This document shows positions 1 through 10,791 of a stretch of DNA of 64,000 nucleotides, piece after piece (the stretch's first letter is position 1; each line of letters starts with the position of its first letter). A program made the translations under genes and the position numbers. The notes under the pieces were generated by a model. It worked only from the letters and a program-made list of their open reading frames with translations, searched no databases and was not told where the DNA came from. Origin of the DNA: Eledone cirrhosa (Eukaryota); NCBI GenBank assembly GCA_964016885.1, contig OZ024741.1, forward strand, positions 27,342,001-27,406,000, given 5' to 3'.

Positions 1-3000
1 CTATATATACAGTATAGTTGCTATCTCTAGCTTTATATACAGTATAGTTGCTATATATACAGTATAGTTGCTATCTATAGCTATATATACAGTATAGTTG
101 CTATCTATAGCTATATATACAGTACAGTTGCTATCTATAGCTATATATACAGTACGGTTGCTATCTATAGCTATATATACAGTACAGTTGCTATATATAG
201 CTATATATACAGTATAGTTGCTATATATAGCTATATATACAGTATAGTTGCTATCTATAGCTATATATACAGTATAGTTGCTATATATACAGTATAGTTG
301 CTATATATAGCTATATATACAGTATAGTTGCTATATATACAGTATAGTTGCTATATATAGCTATATATACAGTACGGTTGCTATCTATAGCTATATATAC
401 AGTACAGTTGCTATCTATAGCTATATATACAGTACAGTTGCTATATATAGCTATATATATACAGTATAGTTGCTATCTATAGCTATATATACAGTATAGT
501 TGCTATCTATAGATATATATATACAGTATAGTTGCTATCTATAGCTATATATACAGTATAGTTGCTATCTATAGCTATATATACAGTATAGTTGCTATAT
601 ATAGCTATATATACAGTATAGTTGCTATATATAGCTATATATACAGTACAGTTGCTATCTATAGCTATATATACAGTATAGTTGCTATATATAGCTATAT
701 ATACAGTATAGTTGCTATCTATAGCTATATATATACAGTACAGTTGCTATATATACAGTATAGTTGCTATATATAGCTATATATACAGTACAGTTGCTAT
801 ATATAGCTATATATACAGTACAGTTGCTAGCTATAGCTATATATACAGTATAGTTGCTATCTATAGCTATATATACAGTACAGTTGCTATATATAGCTAT
901 ATATACAGTACAGTTGCTATCTATAGCTATATATACAGTACATTTGCTATCTATAGCTATATATACAGTATAGTTGCTATCTATAGCTATATATACAGTA
1001 CAGTTGCTATATATACAGTATAGTTGCTATCTATAGCTATATATACAGTACAGTTGCTATCTATAGCTCTATATACAGTACAGTTGCTATATATAGCTAT
1101 ATATACAGTATAGTTGCTATATATGGCTATATATACAGTACAGTTGCTATATATAGCTATATATACAGTATAGTTGCTATCTATAGCTATATATACAGTA
1201 TAGTTGCTATATATAGCTATATATACAGTATAGTTGCTATATATAGCTATATATACTGTATAGTTGCTATATATAGCTTTATATACAGTATAGTTGCTAT
1301 CTATAGCTATATATACAGTACAGTTGCTATATATACAGTATAGTTGCTATATATAGCTATATATACAGTACAGTTGCTATATATAGCTATATATACAGTA
1401 CAGTTGCTATATATAGCTATATATACAGTATAGTTGCTATCTATAGCTATATATACATTATAGTTGCTATCTATAGCTATATATACAGTATAGTTGCTAT
1501 ATATAGCTATATATACAGTATAGTTGCTATATATAGCTATATATACAGTACAGTTGCTATATATAGCTATATATACAGTATAGTTGCTATCTATAGCTAT
1601 ATATACAGTACAGTTGCTATCTATAGCTATATATACAGTACGGTTGCTATCTATAGCTATATATACAGTATAGTTGCTATATATAGCTATATATACAGTA
1701 TAGTTGCTATATATAGCTATATTTACAGTATAGTTGCTATCTATAGCTATATATACAGTACAGTTGCTATATATAGCTACATATACAGTATAGTTGCTAT
1801 ATATAGCTATATATACAGTACAGTTGCTATCTATAGCTATATATACAGTATAGTTGCTATCTATAGCTATATATACAGTATAGTTGCTATCTATAGCTAT
1901 ATATACAGTATAGTTGCTATATATAGCTATATATACAGTATAGTTGCTATCTATAGCTATATATACAGTATAGTTGCTATCTCTAGCTATATTTACAGTA
2001 TAGTTGCTATATATAGCTATATATACAGTACAGTTGCTATATATAGCTATATATACAGTACAGTTGCTATATATAGCTATATATACAGTACAGTTGCTAT
2101 ATATAGCTATATATACAGTACAGTTGCTATATATAGCTATATATACAGTACAGTTGCTATATATAGCTATATATACAGTATAGTTGCTATATATAGCTAT
2201 ATATACAGTATAGTTGCTATCTATAGCTATATATACAGTATAGTTGCTATCTCTAGCTATATATACAATATAGTTGCTATCTATAGCTATATATACAGTA
2301 CAGTTGCTATCTATAGCTGTATATACAGTACAGTTGCTATATATAGCTATATATACAGTACAGTTGCTATCTATAGCTATATATACAGTACAGTTGCTAT
2401 CTATAGCTATATATACAGTATAGTTGCTATCTATAGCTATATATACAGTATAGTTGCTATATATAGCTATATATACAGTATAGTTGCTATATATAGCTAT
2501 ACATACAGTACAGCTGCTATCTATAGCTATATATACAGTATAGTTGCTATCTATAGCTATATATACAGTACAGTTGCTATATATAGCTATATATACAGTA
2601 CAGTTGCTATATATTGCTATATATACAGTACAGTTGCTATCTATAGCTATATATACAGTACAGTTGCTATCTATAGCTATATATACAGTATAGTTGCTAT
2701 CTATAGCTATATATACAGTACAGTTGCTATATATAGCTATATATACAGTATAGTTGCTATATATAGCTATATATACAGTACAGTTGCTATATATAGCTAT
2801 ATATACAGTATAGTTGCTATATATAGATATATATAACTATATATATACACTACAGAAGTTATATATAGCTATATATACACTACAGAAGTTATATATAGCT
2901 ATATATACACTACAGAAGTTATCTATAGCTATATATACAGTATAGTTGCTATATATAGCTATATATACAGTACAGTTGCTATATATAGCTATATATACAG

Positions 3001-3787
3001 TATAGTTGCTATATATAGCTATATATAACTATATATATACACCACAGAAGTTATATATAGCTATATATACACTACAGAAGTTATATATAGCTATATATAC
3101 ACTACAGTTGCTATCTATAGCTATATATACACTACAGAAGTTATATATAGCTATATATACAGTATAGTTACTATATATATCTATATATACTACAGAAGTT
3201 ATCTATAGCAATATACACTACAGAAGTTAGATATATATATATATATATATATACACTACAGAAGTTATCTATAGTTATATATATATATACACTACATCAG
3301 TTATATATAGCTATATATACACTACAGAAGTTATATATAGCTATATATACACTACAGAAGTTATATATAGCTATATATACACTACAGAAGTTATCTATAG
3401 CTATATATACACTACAGAAGTTATATATAGCTATATATACACTACAGAAGTTATATATAGCTATATATACACTACAGATGTTATATATAGCTATATATAC
3501 ACTACAGAAGTTATATATAGCTATATATACACTACAGAAGTTATATATAGCTATATATACACTACAGAAGTTATATATAGCTATATATACACTACAGAAG
3601 TTATCTATAGCTATATATACACTACAGAAGTTATATATAGCTATATATACACTACAGATTTTATATATAGCTATATATACACTACAGAAGTTATGTATAG
3701 CTATATATACACTACAGAAGTTATCTATAGCTATATATACACTACAGAAGTTATATATAGCTATATATACACTACAGAAGTTATATA
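1..3787. repeat. 30-bp AT-rich minisatellite with two variant domains (CTATATATACAGTAYAGTTGCTATMTATAG to ~2825; CTATATATACACTACAGAAGTTATATATAG from ~2830)
   Basis: Visible 30-bp periodicity (columns align every 60-nt line), with occasional 20-bp deletion units. Runs off the window start. Confidence 0.97.
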
Positions 3788-3920
3788 GAGTCGTTAGAAC
3801 GTCAGATAGAATACTTTATGGTATTCGTTCCGGCTCTCTGAGTTCAAATCCTGCCGAGGTCAACTTTGACTTTCATCCTTTCGAGGTTGATAAAAAAAGG
3901 TACCAGTCTAGTACTGGGCT
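3788..3920 (+). mobile_element. 5'-truncated tRNA-derived SINE fragment (same family as 9790-10012)
   Basis: Shares CTGAGTTCAAAT..GCCGAGGT..CTTTG..TTTCATCCTT..GATAAAA..GTACCAGT with the copy at ~9860-9935; B-box-like GAGTTCAAATCC. Confidence 0.7.
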
Positions 3921-4091
3921 AGATTCTTCCTCTCTCTGCAAGAAATCTGCTGTACTTAGGCCTGGAGAGGGATGGGCTCCACCAGGCTTAAAATGCCCAA
4001 GTAACGCTGTATGTCAATACGGTGCCCCTATGACTCCATCAGAAGTTACGGGACCAGAACAGATTAAATATATACAGCACAGTCAATGAAC

Positions 4092-4123
<32 letters not shown>

Positions 4124-4134
4124 GGAGAGGGGGA

Positions 4135-4246
4135 AGAAATGGCTTCTACAGGACTACAACTGTTTCATTCAAAAGAAATCATCAGAAAAGCTTTCCTGAT
4201 AATTTCTTTTGAATGAAACAGTTCTAGTCCTGTAGAAGCCATTTCT
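4135..4246. repeat. Near-perfect 112-bp palindrome (56-bp arms, 3 mismatches) containing a hammerhead-like core; probable Penelope-like element terminus
   Basis: AGAAATGGCTTCTACAGGACTA...AAAG|CTTT...TAGTCCTGTAGAAGCCATTTCT, centred at 4190/4191. Confidence 0.85.
4151..4190 (-). ncRNA. Minimal hammerhead-ribozyme-like motif (Penelope-type)
   Basis: Minus strand reads CTGATGA-TTTC(TTTT)GAAT-GAAAC-AGTT-GTA: intact CUGAUGA and GAAA cores and a near-palindromic helix III. Helix I pairing is poor. Confidence 0.5.
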
Positions 4247-4324
4247 ATATTAAACTTGATGTTTACACTCTACTAATGTATTGAGTACCTTACTAACTGT
4301 GGTTACCCCTTATTGAACCCAGGA

Positions 4325-4325
<1 letters not shown>

Positions 4326-4377
<52 letters not shown>

Positions 4378-4392
4378 TTATGTGTGTGTGTA
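4326..4392. repeat. (CT)n/(CA)n/(TG)n microsatellites
   Basis: Direct reading. Confidence 0.9.
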
Positions 4393-4474
4393 TACAAAAG
4401 GCAAACAGAAATAACAAAGCAAATGACACGGTACAATGAAGAAATATATTATTAGTTTGATATAGTTGGAAAAG

Positions 4475-4512
4475 TGTCATCACTTTTTGGACATTAGTCC
4501 TTCATCAGAAAA
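4475..4512 (-). ncRNA. Degenerate hammerhead-like motif (Penelope-type remnant)
   Basis: Minus strand reads CTGATGA-AGGAC(TAAT)GTCC-AAAAA: perfect stem II, but GAAA is mutated to AAAA. Confidence 0.4.
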
Positions 4513-4624
4513 TAGAATGAGAAATTAAGAAGAAATAGAAAAATAGAAAAGAGTGGTTCAGAGAAAGAAACCCCAAAAAATTTCTGAGATAAAAAACAGG
4601 TCCATTCAAGTTACGATCTCCGGT

Positions 4625-4654
4625 TATATATATATATATATATATATATGTATT

Positions 4655-4727
<73 letters not shown>
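4625..4727. repeat. (TA)n microsatellite
   Basis: Direct reading. Confidence 0.95.
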
Positions 4728-4730
<3 letters not shown>

Positions 4731-4935
4731 CTGTATAAAAAAGTGCATGGCGATCAAAATTGATGGTAGTTACAGAGTAGGTAGACCCAGAAAAACCACG
4801 GACGATCTGATAAATTCCGACCTTACACACTTGCACCTCTCTAAGACAATGTCACTGGACCGAGATCTTTGGCGCTACGCAGTAATACAGAAGACCCGCC
4901 TTGCCTATGTACAAAGCGAAACCTACAGTCAGTAG
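4728..4935 (+). mobile_element. 3' fragment of RTE-type LINE ORF2
   Basis: Translation [31 protein letters not shown]...SLDRDLWRYAV matches the RTE C-terminal G.R..GRPRK.W...DR..WR motif. Confidence 0.7.
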
Positions 4936-5125
4936 GCACCTCTTAACCAAATATACACCCCATCCACTACCCCTACCCTATCCTCCCACTCCCACCAACA
5001 CCACCCTCTCTCTGTAAAGTTGGTACCACAACATCCAGTCCAAATAAATGAGATAATGAGATCGAGATCGTGTAGGTGTCATGACAAAAAAACACAGTCC
5101 ATGCTGTAATGTGGCCGTGTAGGTA

Positions 5126-5187
5126 ATCATCATCATCATCATCTTCGTTTAACGTCCATTTTCCACGCTAGCATGGGTTAGACGGTA
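5126..5187 (-). mobile_element. SINE 3' tail (inverted relative to the 5195-5382 copy)
   Basis: (CAT)n-CTTCGTTTAACGTCCATTTTCCACGCTAGCATGGGTTAGACGG is the reverse complement of 5327-5382. Confidence 0.75.
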
Positions 5188-5194
5188 ACATGGT

Positions 5195-5382
5195 AAAAAG
5201 TTTCCAGTCCACACTGTAAATGTGGTTGGTGTTAGGAAGGGCATCCAGCCGTAGAAAACCTGCCAGATAGTCCTATATGAGTGAGACACGGTCACCCGAC
5301 CAACAATGCCTCAAGTGGGACAACTCCCGTCTAACCCATGCTAATGTGAAAGATGGACGTTAAACGAAGATGATGATGATGA
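5195..5382 (+). mobile_element. SINE 3' body and (GAT)n tail
   Basis: CACTGTAAA..GGTTGGTGTTAGGAAGGGCATCCAGC.GTAGAAA is shared with 6515-6560; ends GGACGTTAAACGAAGATGATGATG. Confidence 0.75.
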
Positions 5383-5386
5383 TATA

Positions 5387-6273
5387 CAGGGTGTGGACGA
5401 TATTTGTTCGCAATTTTCAACTGCTAATTTTATGCCAATTTTTTTTACTTTTGTTGTCACTCTTGTCTTCATAAAAACAGTGACTATATTTCCATTATTT
5501 ATTTTCAGAATAATTGATTATGAATAATTTTGAACCTCCAAATTTGTGGAAGAGACACAGAGTTCTTCTTGGAATCTGCGCCGGGAGGACAAATAAGACC
5601 AGAAGATCAACTCCCAAAACAACAGGTGGCTCACTGTCTCATCCAAAGACGTGCCCAGAGTCATGCAGACAAAGTTTCCAGCGACAACATTGGTCTTAGG
5701 TGTCGTCAGCAGTCAAGGTGACATCATGCTACCACACTTCTTCCCTGAGGGCTTCCAGCTGAGCACCGATGGCTACATCCGCATTCTGAGCGAGGTAGTA
5801 AATCCCTGGATCAACCAGGTAGCTGCAGGTTGGCCGTACATGTGGCAGCAAGACTCAGCGCCCTGCCATACCAACTGAAAGACCCAAGCCTGGCTGTCAG
5901 AGAACTTCGTTGACCACACTTCACCTGACATCTGGCCTCCCAGCTCGCCTGACTGCAACCCCCTCGATTCTTTGTGTGGGATGCAGGGGAACGAGACACC
6001 AATAGATCTAGCTGTAATACGAAAGACGATCTGAAGGCCAAGATCACAAGTGCCTTTAGGGGCCTAAGTTGGGGGACAGTGACGAAGGCCTGTAGCCGGT
6101 TCCGAGGCTGCCTTGAGGCCGTCATCAAAGCCAATGGCGGGTTTATCGAGTGAGAAAGAACAAGTCATGAAGACAAACTGACCCAAGTTTGATAAATATA
6201 TCTTAAAAAATAAAACTACTGTGTTATTTTTTCCTAGACAGTAATCTTGCGAACAAATATCGTCCGCACCCTG
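5387..6273 (+). mobile_element. Internally deleted Tc1/mariner DNA transposon, DD37D (maT) family, with transposase pseudogene
   Basis: 27-bp TIRs CAGGGTG(T/C)GGACGATATTTGTTCGCAA with 1 mismatch, flanked by TA on both sides. Translation ...WQQDSAPCHTN*KTQAWLSENF...WPPSSPDCNPLD has 37 residues between the 2nd and 3rd catalytic Asp. It carries a stop and a frameshift. Confidence 0.92.
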
Positions 6274-6300
6274 TATATATATATATATATATATATATTT

Positions 6301-6641
6301 GGAGGCACATGGCTTAGTGGTTAGAGCATTGGGCTTGCAATCGAAAGGTTGTGAGTTCAATTCTCAGACCGGGTGATGTGTTGTTTCCTTGAGCAAGACA
6401 CTTTATTTCACATTGCTCCAGTTTACTCAGCTGTAGAAATGAGATGATAGGACTGGAGTCCCTATCATTCCACTGCAAAGTGGTCGTGGAGGTGCCATGG
6501 CAAAAAAGCACTCACTGTAAAATGAGGTTGGTGTTAGGAAGGGCATCCAGCTGTAGAAATCAAGCCAGAATCAGTTCCCGTCCCACACTTGCAAGCTGGG
6601 AAAAGTGGACATAAAATGATGATGATGATGATGATGATGAT
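6301..6641 (+). mobile_element. tRNA-derived SINE with A/B boxes, central conserved domain and (GAT)n tail
   Basis: A box TGGCTTAGTGG, B box GAGTTCAATTC, body TGTTTCCTTGAGCAAGACACTT, tail GTTAGGAAGGGCATCCAGC...(GAT)n. Confidence 0.82.
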
Positions 6642-7095
6642 ATATATATATATTTGATTGATATACTTGTATATAAGCTCAGAAATAGGTGGCAAAAAAA
6701 AATCGATTTTCACGAACTTCAACAATTCTAGGTAAATGTGGTGCTAAAATATTTTCACTTTGAAGGTGAATATTACATCTGTTTCATGTGAAGTTCGTAT
6801 TTCCTGTTAGTTTTTATATGTTTTGAATGAATATGGCCTTCAAAACAGTCAGAAATTGGTAAAAATATCATTATGTAATGGAGTTGTGAAACAAAATCTA
6901 TACTCTAATCAGCACTTAAAACATTTTAGATATTACAATATTAAAACTTCATAAATATATTCTCCACTCTTGAGAATTTCAAAACTACGCCATCTAAACA
7001 TAATATGTTGATTACCTGCCTCAGCTTATTTGGATATTTGCCTATTTCTCAGACATAAACTAGAGGGTTGTGTATATATATATATATATATATAT

Positions 7096-7237
7096 ATTCA
7101 TATTATTAAGGCTAAATAGTGAGTGTTGTTACTCTGTTTATCACAGGATCATCAAACAAAAACTTGCTTGATGACCCTGTGATAAAGGCGAAACTCCAGA
7201 GTAACAAGACTCACTATTTAGCCTTAATAAAATGAAT
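7096..7237. repeat. Imperfect ~140-bp inverted repeat; probable Penelope-like element terminus
   Basis: ATTCATATTATTAAGGCTAAATAGTGAGT...TATCACAGG.TCATCAA / TTGATGA.CCTGTGATA...ACTCACTATTTAGCCTTAATAAAATGAAT. The left arm lacks about 10 nt. Confidence 0.85.
7163..7208 (+). ncRNA. Minimal type I hammerhead-ribozyme-like motif (Penelope-type)
   Basis: CTTGC-TTGATGA-CCCT(GTGATAA)AGGC-GAAAC-TCCAGA-GTA-ACAAG: helix I CTTG/CAAG, stem II CCT/AGG, near-palindromic helix III ACTC..GAGT, GUA cleavage triplet. C3 is U. Confidence 0.6.
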
Positions 7238-7512
7238 GTTCAAACTCTACTTTTGTATTGAGTACTCCTTTCTCTCACACATCAACTACATACGGATGTA
7301 TATGTATATATATAATTTGTAGTTTACTTGAAGCATTGTGTATTGTATATGGAATTTGAAGTTTGAAAGCCAGGACAATGCGAAATGGACATTAGACGGA
7401 GATGATGAGATAATTATTAGAAGTATGGTAAAGAAAGTGTTAAAGCTCTATTGAGGAAGCTGATATCTGGAAAGCCAGCTGATATATATTCCCTATTGAT
7501 TTCTGATTACAG

Positions 7513-7707
7513 GTAATGGTACCCAGCAGTTTATCAGCATACCAGTGTCGCTAGCAACCGGAGGCAACCAGCAGATACAGTTGCTGACAACGTCCAATGG
7601 ACAAATTATTGCTACAAATCTCTCCAGCCTTCAGGGTCTGGCACAACCCCTTAATATGACTGCTGCTGCTGCTGCTGCTGCCGCCGCCAACACAAATGCT
7701 GCTGCAG
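7513..7707 (+). CDS. POU6F2: Class VI POU transcription factor, internal exon (GNGTQQFISIPVSLATGGNQQIQLLTTSNGQIIATN...poly-Ala)
   Basis: Acceptor TTACAG at 7512, phase 1; open frame. The donor G|GTCTCT is weak but phase-compatible with the next exon. Confidence 0.72.
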
Positions 7708-8130
7708 GTCTCTATCTCTTTCTATCTCTCTCTCCTGCTTCTCCCTTTCTCCTGTCTCTCTCTCTCTCTTTCTCATGCCACTCTTTCTCAATCTCTCTCT
7801 CTTTCTCATGCCACTCTCTCTCAATCTCTCTCTCTTTTGTTCTCTCTTGCCTCTCTTTCTTACCTCTCTCTCTCTCTCATGCCACTCTCTCTCAATTTCT
7901 CTCTCTTTTACCTCTCCCTTTCTCCTGCCTCTCTCTTTTTCCTTTCTCTCTCTTTGTTTTCCCTTTCTTTCTCTTCTCTCTCTCTGTCTCCCTTCTCACT
8001 ATTTCTTCCCTCTTTCTCCCTCTCTACATTTCCCTTTCTCTTTCTCCCTTAACTCTTCCTCACCTATCTCTCCTCTCTTTAATCCTTCTCTCACTCTTGC
8101 TTTTCCATACTCTCTTCTTCCTTCTTCCCA
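7708..8130. repeat. CT-rich low-complexity / (CT)n tract
   Basis: Direct reading. Confidence 0.9.
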
Positions 8131-9458
8131 TATTCTCCACCATAATATCCACCATAATATCCACCATATTATCCACCATAATATCCACCATAATATCCAC
8201 CATAATATCCACCATAATATCCACCATAATATCCACCATATTATCCACCATAATATCCACCATAATATCCACCATATTATCCACCATATTGTCCACCATA
8301 TTATCCACCATAATATCCACCATATTATCCACCATAATATCCACCATAATATCCACCATATTATCCACCATAATATCCATCATAATGTCCACCATAATAT
8401 CCACCATAATATCCACCATAATATCCACCATATTATCCACCATAATATCCACCATAATATCCACCATATTATCCACCATAAAATCCACCATAATGTCCAC
8501 CATAATATCCACCATAATATCCACCATATTATCCACCATAATATCCACCATATTATCCACCATAATATCCACCATATTGTCCACCATAATATCCACCATA
8601 ATATCCACCATAATATCCACCATAATATCCACCATATTATCCACCATAATATCCACCATATTATCCACCATAATATCCACCATATTATCCACCATATTGT
8701 CCACCATATTGTCCACCATATTATCCACCATAATATCCACCATATTATCCACCATATTGTCCACCATATTATCCACAATAATATCCACCATATTATCCAC
8801 CATATTGTCCACCATATTATCCACCATAATATCCACCATATTATCCACCATATTATCCACCATATTATCCACCATAATATCCACCATAATATCCACCATA
8901 TTATCCACCATATTATCCACCATAATATCCACCATAATATCCACCATAATATCCACCATATTATCCACCATAATATCCACCATAATATCCACCATAATAT
9001 CCACCATATTGTCCACCATAATATCCACCATAATATCCACCATAATATCCACCATAATATCCACCATATTGTCCACCATATTATCCACCATAATATCCAC
9101 CATATTATCCACCATATTATCCACCATAATATCCACCATATTGTCCACCATAATATCCACCATATTATCCACCATATTATCCACCATATTATCCACCATA
9201 ATATCCACCATAATATCCACCATAATATCCACCATATTGTCCACCATAATATCCACCATATTATCCACCATATTATCCACCATAATATCCACCATATTAT
9301 CCACCATAATATCCACCATATTATCCACCATAATATCCACCATAATATCCACCATATTGTCCAACATATTGTCCACCATAATATCCACCATAATATCCAC
9401 CATATTGTCCACCATAATATCCACCATATTGTCCACCATAATGTCCAACATATATTGT
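8131..9458. repeat. 12-bp minisatellite TCCACCATA(ATA/TTA/TTG)
   Basis: Direct 12-bp periodicity. The long ORFs across it are artefacts. Confidence 0.97.
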
Positions 9459-9511
9459 CTTCATTGACATGAAAAGATGTAATTAATCTGTGACTTTTCC
9501 TCCAATTTTAG

Positions 9512-9648
9512 GTTCCATCAATTCCCACACATCAAACGGTACCACAACCAATCAACAAACCCCTAACCAATTGCTGGCCAATCAAGTTTCCTCATTACCT
9601 CAACTGCTTACCAATGCTCAAGGTCAAATTTTGGCAGTCGGTCCACAG
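9512..9648 (+). CDS. POU6F2: Class VI POU factor exon (GSINSHTSNG...LPQLLTNAQGQILAVGPQ)
   Basis: Acceptor TTTTAG and donor CAG|GTAAGC, phase 1 to 0. LLTNAQGQ resembles the POU6F N-terminal L(I/L)TNAQGQ motif. Confidence 0.85.
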
Positions 9649-9789
9649 GTAAGCATCTTTTAACCCTTTTCTAACCATATAAGGAAAAACACTGCCTATG
9701 ATTTTCATATGATTTTTAAAATAAGCAAGAATTTAGTGAGATTTAGTAAAATAACTAACTTTCTTATTATTAAATTGATGATGATGTTT

Positions 9790-10012
9790 AGGGCTGTGGA
9801 TTAGCAGTATCGGTAGAGTGTTGGACAACATGCTTTGTGGCATTGAGTTACGGCCCTTTACGTTCTGAGTTCAAATATCGCCGAGGTTAGCTTTGTGTTT
9901 CATCCTTGTGCGGTCGATAAAATAGAGTACCAGTAACACACTGCGGTAGATTTAATCGACTTTCCCCTTCCCCAAAATTGTAGCCTTTGTGCCTAAATAA
10001 GAAACTATTATT
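9790..10012 (+). mobile_element. tRNA-derived SINE (near full length)
   Basis: Head GGATTAGCAGTATCGGTAGAG, B-box-like GAGTTCAAAT, tail CCCAAAATTG..GCCTTTGTGCCTAAAT.AGAAAC.ATTATTA shared with 14677-14760. Confidence 0.75.
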
Positions 10013-10099
10013 AATTTCATGTTTGAAACGTAACTTAACAAGGTACTTTATAAAATTATTATAGTAGGTTTTTAGATAAATATAAACATAATCAGCTCA

Positions 10100-10400
10100 G
10101 AGATCAGAGAGTCACTCCAGGTAGAGCCACTACTTTTCTGAATTGAGAGATCACAGCTCCAATACTATAGGCATGTGGTTAGAATGTCTCAGGAAAGAAT
10201 CGCTAGACAGATTTTACGAGCAAAACCAACCGGCAGGAGACCCAGAAGTAGACCCCAAGCAAGTTGGTTGGATAACATCCATGAGCTTGGCTGGTCTCGC
10301 TTGTGGATGCAGCCAGATCAGTTGGAGACAGTTGCTTCTGACAGGACCTGTTGGAAGGAGTGTTTGAGGGCTCTGTCCCCACGAACTTCTCTCAAATAAG
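10100..10400 (+). mobile_element. 3' fragment of RTE-like LINE ORF2
   Basis: Translation ...HVVRMSQERIARQILRAKPTGRRPRSRPQASWLDNI...ASDRTCWKECLR is a typical non-LTR C-terminal region. Confidence 0.75.
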
Positions 10401-10534
10401 TAGGCAAAGAAGAAGGAGATAAACACAATCAGCTTTATATCATAAAATAAGGGGTGTTTTGGTACTATCATCATCTCTGTTCTCCATGTGTTATGTGTGT
10501 GTTGGACCTGTTCCAGTTTTTGGAGCCAACAGAA

Positions 10535-10775
10535 CAACCTACTCCTTAAATTTATGTGTAAGTGGTTGAGTATTCTACAGACACATGTACTCTTATTATG
10601 GTTCTCAGGGAGATTCAGCATGACACAGTGTGTGATGAGGTTGATTCTCTGTATTACAGGTACAATCCATCCATCAGGCTTCCAACCCAATATCATTGGG
10701 TTGACTTAAGACTTCCTCAAGATGAGATTCAACTCTGCATCTTATGATTGTGAAGCAAACTTCTTAACCATTTGG
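10535..10775 (-). mobile_element. Degraded SINE, minus strand
   Basis: Reverse strand begins TGGTTAAGAAGTTTGCTTCACAATCATAAGATGCAGAGTTGAATC, a tRNA-like head with A/B-box remnants. Confidence 0.5.
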
Positions 10776-10791
10776 TCAAGTTTTTCCATAT

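Noticed and set aside
6301-6372. tRNA gene
   Set aside because: It has A/B boxes but continues into a SINE body and tail, and there is no convincing acceptor stem.
7775-9472. His-rich (HHNI)n and (MVDI)n ORFs
   Set aside because: Translations of the 12-bp minisatellite and CT tract.
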